Origin: Promethearchaeia archaeon
Lineage (GTDB): Archaea; Asgardarchaeota; Lokiarchaeia; Sigyniarchaeales; SOKP01
Length of the DNA: 32,000 bases
Direction: 5' to 3'
NCBI GenBank assembly: GCA_046497275.1
Contig: JAWOFX010000174.1
Location: 1 to 32,000, forward strand
Part shown: positions 1 to 9,899 of the stretch, in pieces
Layout: the number at the start of each line of letters is the position of its first letter
How positions within the stretch are numbered: the first letter of the stretch is position 1
Program-made: the position numbers and the translations under genes
The notes under the pieces: generated by a model
Told to the model about the DNA's origin: nothing
The model's database searches: none
The model's input: only the letters and a program-made list of their open reading frames with translations

Positions 1-1686
1 ATATGGTTGAAATCCTATGATGACCACGTGAATCCAGAGCTCGAATTAGAAATCTACTCATTAGTGGAAATGATGAAAAGAACTGTTAATAATTACTCTG
101 AGAGTCTGGCATATGACTTCCAAGGCAGTTGCGCGACTTATAGAGAAATGTTGGGATATGTTAACTCATTTGCTAATTTTCTTGTAGAGAATGGTGTGAA
201 AAAAGGCGATCGAGTGGTCATTAATTTACCAAATCTGCCACAATTCATTGTATCTCTTTTTGGAACTTTTTTCACGGGATGTGGTGCCTCTGGTATGAAT
301 TTTTTACTTTCTCCAAGTGAAATCAGATATCAATTACAAGACAGCGGAGCAGTTGCGATGATAACTTTAGATTCTTTTTATGAAGAAAAAGTGAGAGAAG
401 CCCTTAAAGGGGGAAAAACTAATGTTAAAGTGGTGATAACTACAAATGTCGCAGATGTTTTAGATCTTGAACCCTCCATGAAAGAGCAATTAATTAAAAT
501 TGGAAAAATCCCTAAAGGAAATGTGGAACCATTAGATGGGATTAAATATTTTACCTATAACGAGATTTTAGAAAATTATCCAAGTGATGACCCTCCCGAT
601 ATCAATATAGAGCCTGACGATCTTTTGTTACTCCAATATACGGGGGGAACGACTGGTCCACCAAAAGGAGCGATTCTAACTCATAGGAATCTTTGTTCAT
701 TAATTCAAATAGTAAATCATTGGTTTGAACCATCATTAAATCCAGGAAATAATGTTTATATGTCAGGATTCCCCTTTTTTCATTTAGCGGGGCTTCAATT
801 TTGTCTGCAAACTGTTGCACAAGCATGTGGTCAAATCCTTGTACCGGATCCGAGAGATACTAATTATATGATAAGCAAAATGAAGGAATATGAAGGGCGA
901 ATAGGGCTAATGTACAACGTTCCCACTCTCTATATGATGTTGTTGAATAATCGAAAATTTAAAAAAGTAGACTTAAGCTCTGTTGAAGGATATATTTCTG
1001 GAGCTGCGCCTTTTCCTTCAAAGAATATCGAGGAATTTGAGGATGTAGTAGGTGATGGAAAGTTAGTGGAAGCATATGGTATGACTGAAGCTTCGCCAGG
1101 AGTTTCAATGAATCCTTATCTTGGAAAAAAGAAAATTGGTACTGTTGGAGTTCCCTTTCCTCATACTGAAGTTAAAATTGTTGATGTAATGGATCGAAAT
1201 AAGGAAGTTCCTTTAGGTGAACCAGGTGAAATTGCTATTAGAGGTCCGCAAATCTTTTCTGGATACTGGAATAAACCAGAAGAGACTAAAAATGCACTGC
1301 AAGACGGTTGGTTTTATTCGGGTGATGTAGGAGTAATGGATGAAGAGGGATATATAACAATTGTTGACAGAACAAAGGATATGATAAATGTTAGTGGATT
1401 CAAAGTGTTTAGCGTAGAGGTTGATGATAAAATGAATAAACATCCCGCAATAGAATTATGCGCCACCGTGGGTGTCCCTGATCCCGAACGTCCTGGTTCT
1501 GAATACGTAAAACTTTATTGTCAATTAAAAAAGGGATTTTCCGCTTCAGAAGAAACTCGACAAGATATTTTGAACTATGCAGAAGAAAACCTCGCAAAAT
1601 ACAAAGTTCCTAAAGAATTAGATATGGTGGAGCAATTACCATTAACTACCGTAGGAAAAGTTGATAAAAAGGCTCTCAGAAAATAA
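1..1686 (+). CDS. Long-chain acyl-CoA synthetase / AMP-binding enzyme, 5'-truncated by the window edge
   Basis: Adenylate-forming motifs YTGGTTGPPKG, YGMTEASP, SGDVG and DRTKDMI. The frame is open to base 1 (ATA TGG TTG = I-W-L-K-S-Y), so the real start is upstream and the track's TTG at 7 is not the start. Confidence 0.92.
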   Translation: MWLKSYDDHVNPELELEIYSLVEMMKRTVNNYSESLAYDFQGSCATYREMLGYVNSFANFLVENGVKKGDRVVINLPNLPQFIVSLFGTFFTGCGASGMNFLLSPSEIRYQLQDSGAVAMITLDSFYEEKVREALKGGKTNVKVVITTNVADVLDLEPSMKEQLIKIGKIPKGNVEPLDGIKYFTYNEILENYPSDDPPDINIEPDDLLLLQYTGGTTGPPKGAILTHRNLCSLIQIVNHWFEPSLNPGNNVYMSGFPFFHLAGLQFCLQTVAQACGQILVPDPRDTNYMISKMKEYEGRIGLMYNVPTLYMMLLNNRKFKKVDLSSVEGYISGAAPFPSKNIEEFEDVVGDGKLVEAYGMTEASPGVSMNPYLGKKKIGTVGVPFPHTEVKIVDVMDRNKEVPLGEPGEIAIRGPQIFSGYWNKPEETKNALQDGWFYSGDVGVMDEEGYITIVDRTKDMINVSGFKVFSVEVDDKMNKHPAIELCATVGVPDPERPGSEYVKLYCQLKKGFSASEETRQDILNYAEENLAKYKVPKELDMVEQLPLTTVGKVDKKALRK

Positions 1687-1694
1687 GATACTAA

Positions 1695-1703
1695 TTTTTT
1701 TTT
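1695..1703 (+). terminator. Oligo-T tract, possible archaeal intrinsic terminator
   Basis: T9 run 8 nt after the synthetase stop codon, in a convergent intergenic gap. Confidence 0.4.
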
Positions 1704-1826
1704 ACCTTATTTAATAATATAGGAATTCATTTATTAAGATTCAATTATGATATCTTATTGTGGTATTTGACGAATGGAATCAAATCATAAAAAGTTAAAA
1801 AGAAAAGAATAATAGATAAATAAGAT

Positions 1827-1961
1827 TTACAGCTTCTCGAAGAGATCCTTCCCAACGCCACAAACAGGGCATGTCCAATCATCGGGGAGATCCTCAAATA
1901 GAGTGCCTTCTGCCTCCTCATCATAAATATATCCGCAAGCCGTGCATTCCCATTTTGCCAT
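1827..1961 (-). CDS. Rubredoxin, 44 aa, short-loop type (not in ORF track)
   Basis: Manual translation: [44 protein letters not shown]. Two CxxCG knuckles and the LPDDW motif. Alternative in-frame ATG at 1970. Confidence 0.95.
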   Translation of the reverse strand: MAKWECTACGYIYDEEAEGTLFEDLPDDWTCPVCGVGKDLFEKL

Positions 1962-2156
1962 AATGTTCATTAAATTATTTTTTTGTATTTATTTTGCTGC
2001 TAGAAGTAAATAAAAAAATGATAAAAAGTTTAATTTTATATTTTATAAAATCTATTACAAGCGGATAAAACTCTCAATTTTTAACTCTAAGAATAACCTT
2101 TTCATAAAAATAAAAAGTCTTATATAATTTTTTAAAATAAGGGAAATTAGGGCTAA

Positions 2157-3614
2157 TTATCCCAAAAATTTTCGAATATTTGCAGCCATTAGAATTTGTT
2201 TGGAAAGATCTTCAGATTTTATTTTTTTTATCGAATCCCGAATATAAGAGGTGATTTCATTATGCTCCTCATTTTGTTCATAGTCTATATCAAGTTCTTT
2301 TACTTTTTCAGAAATTTCGTCTGGTAAAAAATCAGAACCAAGATTGTAATATTGGAGAGAATCTTTCAGGTCCTCTTCAAAATTAACATATATATTTTTA
2401 ATATATTCAAAATCCTTTTCATTTAACGCGTTAATTCCTAATATCTCTGGTGGTAAACCCATAGAGTATAATGATGCTGTAAACGTAATCGCTCTTGGTA
2501 ATTTTATTTCTCCCATATTTCTTGAATATCCAAATAATCCTATATGTAATTTTCTCTTTCGGCGTTTAGGAACATATTTCGCTATTCGATTTATTAGGGG
2601 GGCCAATGATAGGATTTGTTTGGTATATTCTTCACTATATCTCTCAATTATATCTAAACATTTTTCCTCATTAACTTTTCTTGGTGGTGATCGTTTTCTT
2701 GATCTTAATACTTTAATTGCGTTAGTAACTTCATCGGGAGGATTATCATATTTGAATGCGGATTGAACAGTGAATGTATGAACACTTGGGTATTCATTTG
2801 AAACTCTTTCTGCTGTGCTGGGTCGTAAATTTCCACGAAAAGGAGCAGATCCAACTCCAATTATAGGGTAAATTTCCATTCCAATGTCCTCAGATAAATT
2901 ATAGATCCTTTGTAGAGCGATTTTATTAATCAAGACTGCAGAGATTAGTCCATAATTCATTGCTGGATCAGAACGGGCGAAAAAAATTCGATGATATTTC
3001 GGTTGTTTATCGGATAAATATTTTTTTAGAATATTATGAGCATCTAACATATGTTCCTTGTCTTCCACTAAAGGAATTACATTAATGTTATCAGGTTTGA
3101 ATTTACCTATCCATTCAGCAATCGTAATATCACCTTCTTGGAATGATTGATCTTGTTTTCCCACTATGAAATCTTTATAGTATTTGTAAACTCGATCAAC
3201 GCATCTGGCGGATGTAGTCATGGGAATAATAACTTCGAAAATTGGAGCAATTTCATCATCGAATATTAAATTAGATGCATCAAAAGAGCGAGGGATACTT
3301 TCTAAGGTTTCCAACAAAATTTTGGCTTCTGCTTTTTCAACTGTAGGATTAGGAACTCTTAGTGTAAGGAAAACATCTTTTCCTAATCGAAACTTTTCAA
3401 AATAATTGTCATATCGAGTGAGTAATTTTTTTACAACATAATTATCAATCTCCTTACCTTCACAGTCCCACATTTGTTCGTCACAACCAAGATGAGAAAA
3501 TGCGTAATAAGCTTCCATAATCTCGTCCTCACCACCAATTTCCGAGCTATCTGTAAAAAAAGGTGAAGAAACATTATCAGGGTGCTGAGTACTCATACAT
3601 TTAGGAATATTCAT
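2157..3614 (-). CDS. ppcA: Archaeal-type phosphoenolpyruvate carboxylase
   Basis: N-terminal IPKCMSTQHPDN, RSDPAMNYG and GSAPFRG motifs. The 485 aa length matches the archaeal form, not the ~900 aa bacterial/plant form. Confidence 0.95.
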   Translation of the reverse strand: MNIPKCMSTQHPDNVSSPFFTDSSEIGGEDEIMEAYYAFSHLGCDEQMWDCEGKEIDNYVVKKLLTRYDNYFEKFRLGKDVFLTLRVPNPTVEKAEAKILLETLESIPRSFDASNLIFDDEIAPIFEVIIPMTTSARCVDRVYKYYKDFIVGKQDQSFQEGDITIAEWIGKFKPDNINVIPLVEDKEHMLDAHNILKKYLSDKQPKYHRIFFARSDPAMNYGLISAVLINKIALQRIYNLSEDIGMEIYPIIGVGSAPFRGNLRPSTAERVSNEYPSVHTFTVQSAFKYDNPPDEVTNAIKVLRSRKRSPPRKVNEEKCLDIIERYSEEYTKQILSLAPLINRIAKYVPKRRKRKLHIGLFGYSRNMGEIKLPRAITFTASLYSMGLPPEILGINALNEKDFEYIKNIYVNFEEDLKDSLQYYNLGSDFLPDEISEKVKELDIDYEQNEEHNEITSYIRDSIKKIKSEDLSKQILMAANIRKFLG

Positions 3615-3853
3615 TTCTTAATTCTCCTTAGCAATTATATAATTTTTGCATTCCTATTAGAAGATTCATTTTAACGCTTGAAAACTTTTCTTATTTCTTT
3701 TAATATAATGAAATTTTTATTAAAAAAATTCGTAAGATTGAATTTCTTTCACTGATCCTTTTCATTTTTCTGAAAGAGTTTTAATTGACAGTTTCAAATG
3801 TTAAAAGTTTTATCTTTTCAATTGAAATTTGTTTAAACGTGGAAATTAAGCTC

Positions 3854-4009
3854 CTATTTTGGGAGGATTTTTTTCTCAAATTTATTTTTCCTAGATTGGC
3901 ATTTTGGACATTGATAATGTTCTTCAAGATCCTCAAATTTTACACCCTTCTCTTCTTCCTCATAAATATAATTACATATTTTGCATCTATATATAGCTAT
4001 TTCAATCAC
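3854..4009 (-). CDS. Divergent rubredoxin, about 48-51 aa (not in ORF track)
   Basis: Manual translation from GTG at 4009: (M)IEIAIYRCKICNYIYEEEEKGVKFEDLEEHYQCPKCQSRKNKFEKKILPK*. Two CxxC motifs with rubredoxin spacing plus YIY, FEDL and FEK. Begins 4 nt after the oxidoreductase stop. Start codon uncertain. Confidence 0.88.
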   Translation of the reverse strand: MIEIAIYRCKICNYIYEEEEKGVKFEDLEEHYQCPKCQSRKNKFEKKILPK

Positions 4010-4013
4010 TATT

Positions 4014-5357
4014 CTATTCTTCTATTTTTTCGAAATTTTCCTTAGAGGATCCACATTTTGGACATTCCCAACTATCTGGCAAATCTTCAAATGCTATATC
4101 TTTTTTTGCTTCATCATATTCTGCTCCACAGTTTTTACATTTATAAATAAAAGCATCAATAGCTTTCCGTACTTCTTTTGGATCCACTTCTGATTCAATA
4201 TTTTTATTAATAAAAGAGATTGCATCTTTTTCCCCAAAAAGAATCGCTCCCTTTAGTTTATTGTCTTTTAATACTATTTTTTGATAACAATTGTTTGTTT
4301 TATCAATTTTTCTCATAATTTCCCATCCTCCACCTAATTCTTCGGACGGATCATATACACCGATTGATGTTAAATCAATTCCAACAATTTTTAAGGTATT
4401 TTTTGGAGTTGTCCCCTTATATTTTTTTTCTTTATCACCTAAAAGAGAGCTTGCAACGATCTGAGATTGGTCCATGCACGCAGGAATGATTCCCCACGTT
4501 TGATCATTAAATTGAATACAATCGCCTACAGCATAGATATCTTTTTTACTTGTTTCTAAATACTCGTTAACCACGATGCCTTTATCTGTATCCAATCCTG
4601 TAACTTTTGCTAGTTCGATATTAGGTCTAACACCTGCTTGGATCAGTATTAGGTCAGCATCATATTGATTCCCATTCTTAAGTTTAACTCCTTCTACATA
4701 AGAATTCCCTAAAATTGTTTCGGTTTTCGCGTCTAATTCTACTGTTATTCCCATATCTTCCACATCTTTCTTAAGCATATTTGCGCAATCTACATCGAGC
4801 TGTCTAGGTAGTAATCGAGGGAAAAATTCAATTACTCGTGTATCTAATCCCGTATTTTTAATTTGTTTACTTAGTTCTAATCCGAGTAGACCCCCTCCAA
4901 TGATGATGGCTTTTTCGCAGTTCTTTTCCTTTATATAATTGCGAATTGTATATGCATCATCAATATTTCTGAGTGTAAATACCCCCTTTCCTAACAATTC
5001 TCTTGTATTATCAATAGGAGGGATATTAGGATGACTTCCTACTGCTAAGATTAATTTATCGTACAATATTTTCTGATTAGATTCTTCAGAGGAAATAAAT
5101 TTCTCATCTGGATTAATAGCAGAAATTTTTGAGTTTAAGTGAGTACTAATATTGTTATTAACATACCAATCATCCTTAAATACGATTAAATCATCTATCG
5201 TCTTTAATTCCGAAATAATTTCTGGCAATTTAATTCTAGTATAATAATTGTAATTTTCTTGCGAATATATATGAATTTCAGCATTTTCATCTTTATTTCG
5301 AATATTTTGTGCTGAAAATGTACCCGCTACGTTATTCCCTATTATCACGACCTTCAT
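4014..5357 (-). CDS. FAD/NAD(P)H-dependent oxidoreductase (NADH:rubredoxin oxidoreductase / NirB-N-like) with fused C-terminal rubredoxin
   Basis: [13 protein letters not shown] loop, [13 protein letters not shown] loop and IYAVGDC. C-terminal CKNCG...[14 protein letters not shown] rubredoxin. Confidence 0.9.
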   Translation of the reverse strand: MKVVIIGNNVAGTFSAQNIRNKDENAEIHIYSQENYNYYTRIKLPEIISELKTIDDLIVFKDDWYVNNNISTHLNSKISAINPDEKFISSEESNQKILYDKLILAVGSHPNIPPIDNTRELLGKGVFTLRNIDDAYTIRNYIKEKNCEKAIIIGGGLLGLELSKQIKNTGLDTRVIEFFPRLLPRQLDVDCANMLKKDVEDMGITVELDAKTETILGNSYVEGVKLKNGNQYDADLILIQAGVRPNIELAKVTGLDTDKGIVVNEYLETSKKDIYAVGDCIQFNDQTWGIIPACMDQSQIVASSLLGDKEKKYKGTTPKNTLKIVGIDLTSIGVYDPSEELGGGWEIMRKIDKTNNCYQKIVLKDNKLKGAILFGEKDAISFINKNIESEVDPKEVRKAIDAFIYKCKNCGAEYDEAKKDIAFEDLPDSWECPKCGSSKENFEKIEE

Positions 5358-5466
5358 ATTTTTTAAAACATGATTTCTCTTATTTTAAGATTGTTCTAAT
5401 AAATTATGAATCTCGTTGAACATGTTCGATAGAAACCTTATTAAAATTCCCCTATTGAGTGTAAAT

Positions 5467-6210
5467 ATGAGTGTGACAAATAAAAGAGAAAAAATTAAAA
5501 GAAAAATCATTAAAGTAGATAAGGATAAATGTACTGGTTGCGGAAAGTGTGTTGTTGGATGTGAAGAGGGTGCTTTAGAGATAATAGATGGAAAAGCAGA
5601 AGTCGTGAATGAAAGTTTTTGTGATGGCCTTGGCGCGTGTATTGGAGAATGCCCAGAAGGAGCATTGACCATTGAAAAAAGAGAAGCATATCCATTTGAT
5701 GAAGAATTAGTTGAGAAACTACAAAATAAAGAAATAAATAAAACTTATAAAGGGATAAACAGTAGATTTACTTGTTCATGCCCTTCTTCTCAAAAGATCA
5801 TATATGATGCCCCCTGGAAAGATTCGGAGAATATCGATGAAATACCCTCTGCATTACGACAATGGTCTATAAAAATAGAATTAGTAAATCCCGATTCACC
5901 ATATTTTAGAAATAAGGAATTGTTAATCGTTTCTGATTGCTCTCCTCTTGCATATGGAGATTTTCATAGAAAAGTTCTTAAAGGGAGACCTCTCGTAAGT
6001 ATTTGTCCAATGTTAGATTTAAATGATACCACATTAACAAAATTACAAACAATAATAGAAAATAATCCAATCGAAATTATAGAATTAGTTCTTATGGAAG
6101 TTCCATGTTGCAAAAAGATTACTTTCCTTTTAGATTCAATTATATCTAATATTAATAAAGAAATTACTGTTAAAACAACTATTATAAGCCGTGATGGTAG
6201 AATTAAATAA
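5467..6210 (+). CDS. 4Fe-4S dicluster ferredoxin-domain protein with Cys-containing C-terminal domain
   Basis: CTGCGKCVVGC and CDGLGACIGECP motifs, followed by CSCPSS, SDC, CP and MEVPCC. ATG at 5467 preferred over the track's TTG at 5416. Confidence 0.85.
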   Translation: MSVTNKREKIKRKIIKVDKDKCTGCGKCVVGCEEGALEIIDGKAEVVNESFCDGLGACIGECPEGALTIEKREAYPFDEELVEKLQNKEINKTYKGINSRFTCSCPSSQKIIYDAPWKDSENIDEIPSALRQWSIKIELVNPDSPYFRNKELLIVSDCSPLAYGDFHRKVLKGRPLVSICPMLDLNDTTLTKLQTIIENNPIEIIELVLMEVPCCKKITFLLDSIISNINKEITVKTTIISRDGRIK

Positions 6211-6336
6211 TTCAAATTTTTTAAAATTCTTCAATCTAAGTGAAAATATTATGTCTTTTAATGTTTAGAAATTATAAAATAATTTTAGCATCATCCTTAT
6301 AAAATTTAAATAAGAAGTAAAAAAATAAAAAAGGAT

Positions 6337-8262
6337 TTAAGATCTTCTTTTACGTATTATTAAAGCTCCAGCTATAAGTGCTATTACAATGCCCTCAAAG
6401 ATGACTAAAATGATAAGGATGGTATTTAAGCTTAAAGAAAATCCAGATGGCGCTTGGCAGATATTATCTACAAAAACATTATTACTAGACCCCGTTTCAT
6501 TATAGCAATCACCATTGTTAAGCAATATATTATCGAAAATTAGATTATTGTTGCTTGTATCTAAAAAAGTTCCATTATTATTGTTGTTTGCGGTATTTGA
6601 AATTATTGAATTGTCATCACTCTGAAGAAGGTGAATACCATTCAATCTGTTATTATTTACCGTATTAGATATTATTACATTATCATCGCAACTCTCAAGA
6701 TATATCCCATGTTCTAAATTATAAGAAGCAGTATTTCCAGATAATAAATTATCATTAGATGAGTCATAAATATAGATCCCACTTAAATTATTGTAATTGG
6801 CAATATTATTTTTAAGGATATTACGTTCATTTCCAATTCTTAGTTGTAATCCATATAATGTGTTATGATGAAGATTGTTTTTCTCTATTAAACATTCGTC
6901 AGATGCAAATAGATAAAGCCCCTTTTCATTATAATGGGCCATATTCTCAGTGCAGGTTATATTGTCTCCAAATAATAGTGAGATACCATTACCTGTGTTA
7001 TTATATACTGTATTCTTATGAACAACGCAATCATCGTGACTATTTAAGTAAATTCCACTATTTTCATTATTATTAGCTACATTTTCACTTACTATACTTC
7101 CAGAATATCCACCAATATATATCCCATAATCACCGTTATTATTAACTTCATTTCCACTTATAATAGTACTAAAAGCTCCACCAATATATATTCCATCATT
7201 TCCATTATTCTTTACAATATTTTGATTAATTATATTTCTGTGGCTTTGCGTTGAAATAGAACTAATCCCATAGAATTCATTATTGACAAAGTTATTAGAT
7301 GAAATTGTATTATCTCCAGATTGAGAGTTCAAGCTTATTCCTACATCGTTATAATTGGCATCATTTCCAGAGATCTTGTTATAATTACTACCTTCAAGTC
7401 TTATAGCATTATCCGAGTTATTAAATAATGTATTATCAAGAATCTGAGATTTATTACTCCGCTCAAGAATAATTCCATCGGCATTGTTCTCGTTCAATTC
7501 ATTATCATCGATAATAGTATCGTTAGAATTTAATATATAAACTCCATCAGTATTATTATAAATCCTATTGCCTTTTATTTCATTGTAATTGCCCATATCT
7601 TCATAAATACCCACAGAAAATCCATTAATAATATCATTATTACTTATAGTTGTATACATTTCCTCATCTAGATATATACCCCAACTAACTGATTTTTCAA
7701 TATGATTCATTTTAATATTCAGATTATCGGAATCGTAAGTATAAAGACCAGCTAAACAGGACGTTATATTATTATCAACCACACTCACCGAACTGCAATT
7801 ATCGAAATTGATTCCAAACCAAATGTTATAAATAGTATTATTTGTAATAAGACCATTTGTTGTATTAATTAAATAAATGCCAGAGGTAAAAAAACCAGAG
7901 GTATCAAAATTACAACTTTTAACAATAAAATACTTTCTTGAATGAGAAATTGTTAGGCAGGTTGATGTTCCAGACATTTCAAAAATATGATCTTCAATCA
8001 CGTAAGGATCACTTGAAGTACCAGATCCAGTACAAATTCCAGCACTTTTGGCGGTTTCCCAATTACTTGAAGGATCTGTCTCATCTATTTCTATTGGACT
8101 AGTATAAGTTGCTGCAGATTTTATAACCAAAGGCTTTTCTGGAGTTAAATCTTTTTCCATATTCAATCTATAATTCATTATTGGAATTAGAGCTGTTATA
8201 GCAAAAAAGGAAGTCAAGAGGATTATTAGAAATAATTTTAAATTAATATTTTTTATTTTCAT
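6337..8262 (-). CDS. Secreted/membrane-anchored right-handed parallel beta-helix (NosD/PbH1-repeat) protein
   Basis: N-terminal hydrophobic segment, GSGTSSDPYVIE motif, a long run of N-x-x-x-N-N-x-x-x-G-I-x-L repeats, and a C-terminal TM helix followed by RKRRS. Confidence 0.85.
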   Translation of the reverse strand: MKIKNINLKLFLIILLTSFFAITALIPIMNYRLNMEKDLTPEKPLVIKSAATYTSPIEIDETDPSSNWETAKSAGICTGSGTSSDPYVIEDHIFEMSGTSTCLTISHSRKYFIVKSCNFDTSGFFTSGIYLINTTNGLITNNTIYNIWFGINFDNCSSVSVVDNNITSCLAGLYTYDSDNLNIKMNHIEKSVSWGIYLDEEMYTTISNNDIINGFSVGIYEDMGNYNEIKGNRIYNNTDGVYILNSNDTIIDDNELNENNADGIILERSNKSQILDNTLFNNSDNAIRLEGSNYNKISGNDANYNDVGISLNSQSGDNTISSNNFVNNEFYGISSISTQSHRNIINQNIVKNNGNDGIYIGGAFSTIISGNEVNNNGDYGIYIGGYSGSIVSENVANNNENSGIYLNSHDDCVVHKNTVYNNTGNGISLLFGDNITCTENMAHYNEKGLYLFASDECLIEKNNLHHNTLYGLQLRIGNERNILKNNIANYNNLSGIYIYDSSNDNLLSGNTASYNLEHGIYLESCDDNVIISNTVNNNRLNGIHLLQSDDNSIISNTANNNNNGTFLDTSNNNLIFDNILLNNGDCYNETGSSNNVFVDNICQAPSGFSLSLNTILIILVIFEGIVIALIAGALIIRKRRS

Positions 8263-8524
8263 TGAATTTACCTATTTTGGTAAAGATATTGTTTAAAAAT
8301 ATTAATCATATCTCATTTAAAAATCATTTTTTTCATAGAATTTTTTTAATACTATAATTTAATTTAAGATATTATAAAAAAAGAATCAAGATTTGTTTTA
8401 AATTATTTATGCAAACTCCTTTTTCCTATCTAATTTTGTTGCAAGAAAAAATTTTATACAGGATTATGTTTAGAGAGAATTAATTATGAACCATGCACAT
8501 TTTTTTAATCGGAGTAAAAATCCT

Positions 8525-9898
8525 TTAGAGAGGGTTTAAATATTTATATCTTTGAATTAAGACTTTTGCTGCATAGGCTGCTTCATAAGGAGTATAAAAT
8601 ATAGGAGTCTTATTTTCATCAGCAAAATTGGTAAGTTCGTCGAATCCTTCACTAAATAGCATAAGCGGAATTAATGGCTTCTTTCTGTGAGATTCATCCC
8701 AAGCACGTATCATTCCTTTATAATGTTCAATCGATCTCATTCCTAAGAAAGGGGGAATTACACAACATCCCACTACAATATCAATATCGTCATCTTCTAA
8801 AAAAGATTTAGTTATTTCGTAATATTGGGGTTCTCCTGCTCCAGCAATCATATCTAACGGATTTTCTAATTTAACTAAAGAATAAAGATATGGAGAAATT
8901 GTTTTTTTCAATTCTTCAGAGAATTCAGCAAAATTTAAACCAAGAGTTTCGGCGTTGTCGCTAAATAAAACTGAAGTCCCTCCACTATTTGTTAACACAC
9001 CAAGCTTTGAGCCTTTAGGTATAGGTAAAAATGAGAAACTTTTAAGAGCAATTATAAACTCAGAGATGTTTTCACAAAGTAGAACACCCGATTGCTTTAC
9101 TGCTGTTTTCAATAATTTGTAATTTGTTGCGATTGATCCAGTATGACTACTCGCTGCTTCCCGTCCTTTTTTAGTTTTCCCGCCTTTTAATATTACAATG
9201 GGTTTTACTTTATTTACTTTTTCAATAATATCTAAAAATTTCCGTCCTTCTAATAACTCTTCCATATAGATTGCTATGATCTCTGTATTTTCGTCTTCCA
9301 TCAAAAATGGTAAAATATCATCAAATGATATATCAATTTTATTGCCTAGATTGACGAACTTAGATATTCCAAGATTATGAAATTCCATTTCATAAAAACA
9401 AGCACATCCAAATGAACCTGATTGACTAATCATGCTAATATGACCCTTAGAAGGCATTTGAATGAAAGATGCATTGAGGTTTATATCCGTATTAATAATT
9501 CCAACACAATTAGGTCCCATTACACGAACTCCAGCTTTTTTGCATTTTAACGCGATTTGTTTTTCCAATTCTTTTCCTTTTTCATCAATTTCACCAAAAC
9601 CCGCGCTGACGATAATAATTCCCTTTACTTCTTTTTGTATGCATTCATCAACTACGTCTTCAACATATTTTGCAGGAACTAGAATGATTGCGAGATCAAT
9701 TTCTTCAGTAATATCTAAAACAGATTTGTAGGTTGGGATATCACAGATTGTTTTACTGCCATGAGTTACTAAAAAAATTTTACATCTTAAATCATCAATG
9801 TTGAGTAAATTCATCGTAACCGCATTCCCAAATTTTTTAGGATCAGATGTTGCTCCGATAACAGCGATGTTTTGCGGATTAAAAAATTTTGGGATCAT
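8525..9898 (-). CDS. acdA: ADP-forming acyl-CoA synthetase alpha subunit (CoA-binding plus ligase domains)
   Basis: FFNPQNIAVIGA, RVMGPNCVG, SQSGS and the AASSHTGS phospho-His loop. No ATP-grasp domain. ATG at 9898 lies 1 nt after the iorA stop, so it is preferred over 9955. Confidence 0.88.
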   Translation of the reverse strand: MIPKFFNPQNIAVIGATSDPKKFGNAVTMNLLNIDDLRCKIFLVTHGSKTICDIPTYKSVLDITEEIDLAIILVPAKYVEDVVDECIQKEVKGIIIVSAGFGEIDEKGKELEKQIALKCKKAGVRVMGPNCVGIINTDINLNASFIQMPSKGHISMISQSGSFGCACFYEMEFHNLGISKFVNLGNKIDISFDDILPFLMEDENTEIIAIYMEELLEGRKFLDIIEKVNKVKPIVILKGGKTKKGREAASSHTGSIATNYKLLKTAVKQSGVLLCENISEFIIALKSFSFLPIPKGSKLGVLTNSGGTSVLFSDNAETLGLNFAEFSEELKKTISPYLYSLVKLENPLDMIAGAGEPQYYEITKSFLEDDDIDIVVGCCVIPPFLGMRSIEHYKGMIRAWDESHRKKPLIPLMLFSEGFDELTNFADENKTPIFYTPYEAAYAAKVLIQRYKYLNPL

Positions 9899-9899
9899 T

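Noticed and set aside
1745-1790. Imperfect hairpin (TTATGAT...ATCATAA) between the synthetase and rubredoxin as an ncRNA
   Set aside because: It is short, AT-rich and imperfect, and at most a terminator-associated structure in a convergent gap.
2157-3614. ppcA as a novelty
   Set aside because: Archaeal-type PEP carboxylase is a known family and this copy looks ordinary. Only its position among the rubredoxins is noted.
5467-6210. Ferredoxin as the missing GRE activase
   Set aside because: It has no radical-SAM CxxxCxxC motif or TIM-barrel-sized domain.
6500-7900. Repetitive-looking DNA as a tandem repeat or CRISPR array
   Set aside because: The periodicity is from degenerate beta-helix protein repeats. 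There are no identical nucleotide repeats with spacers.
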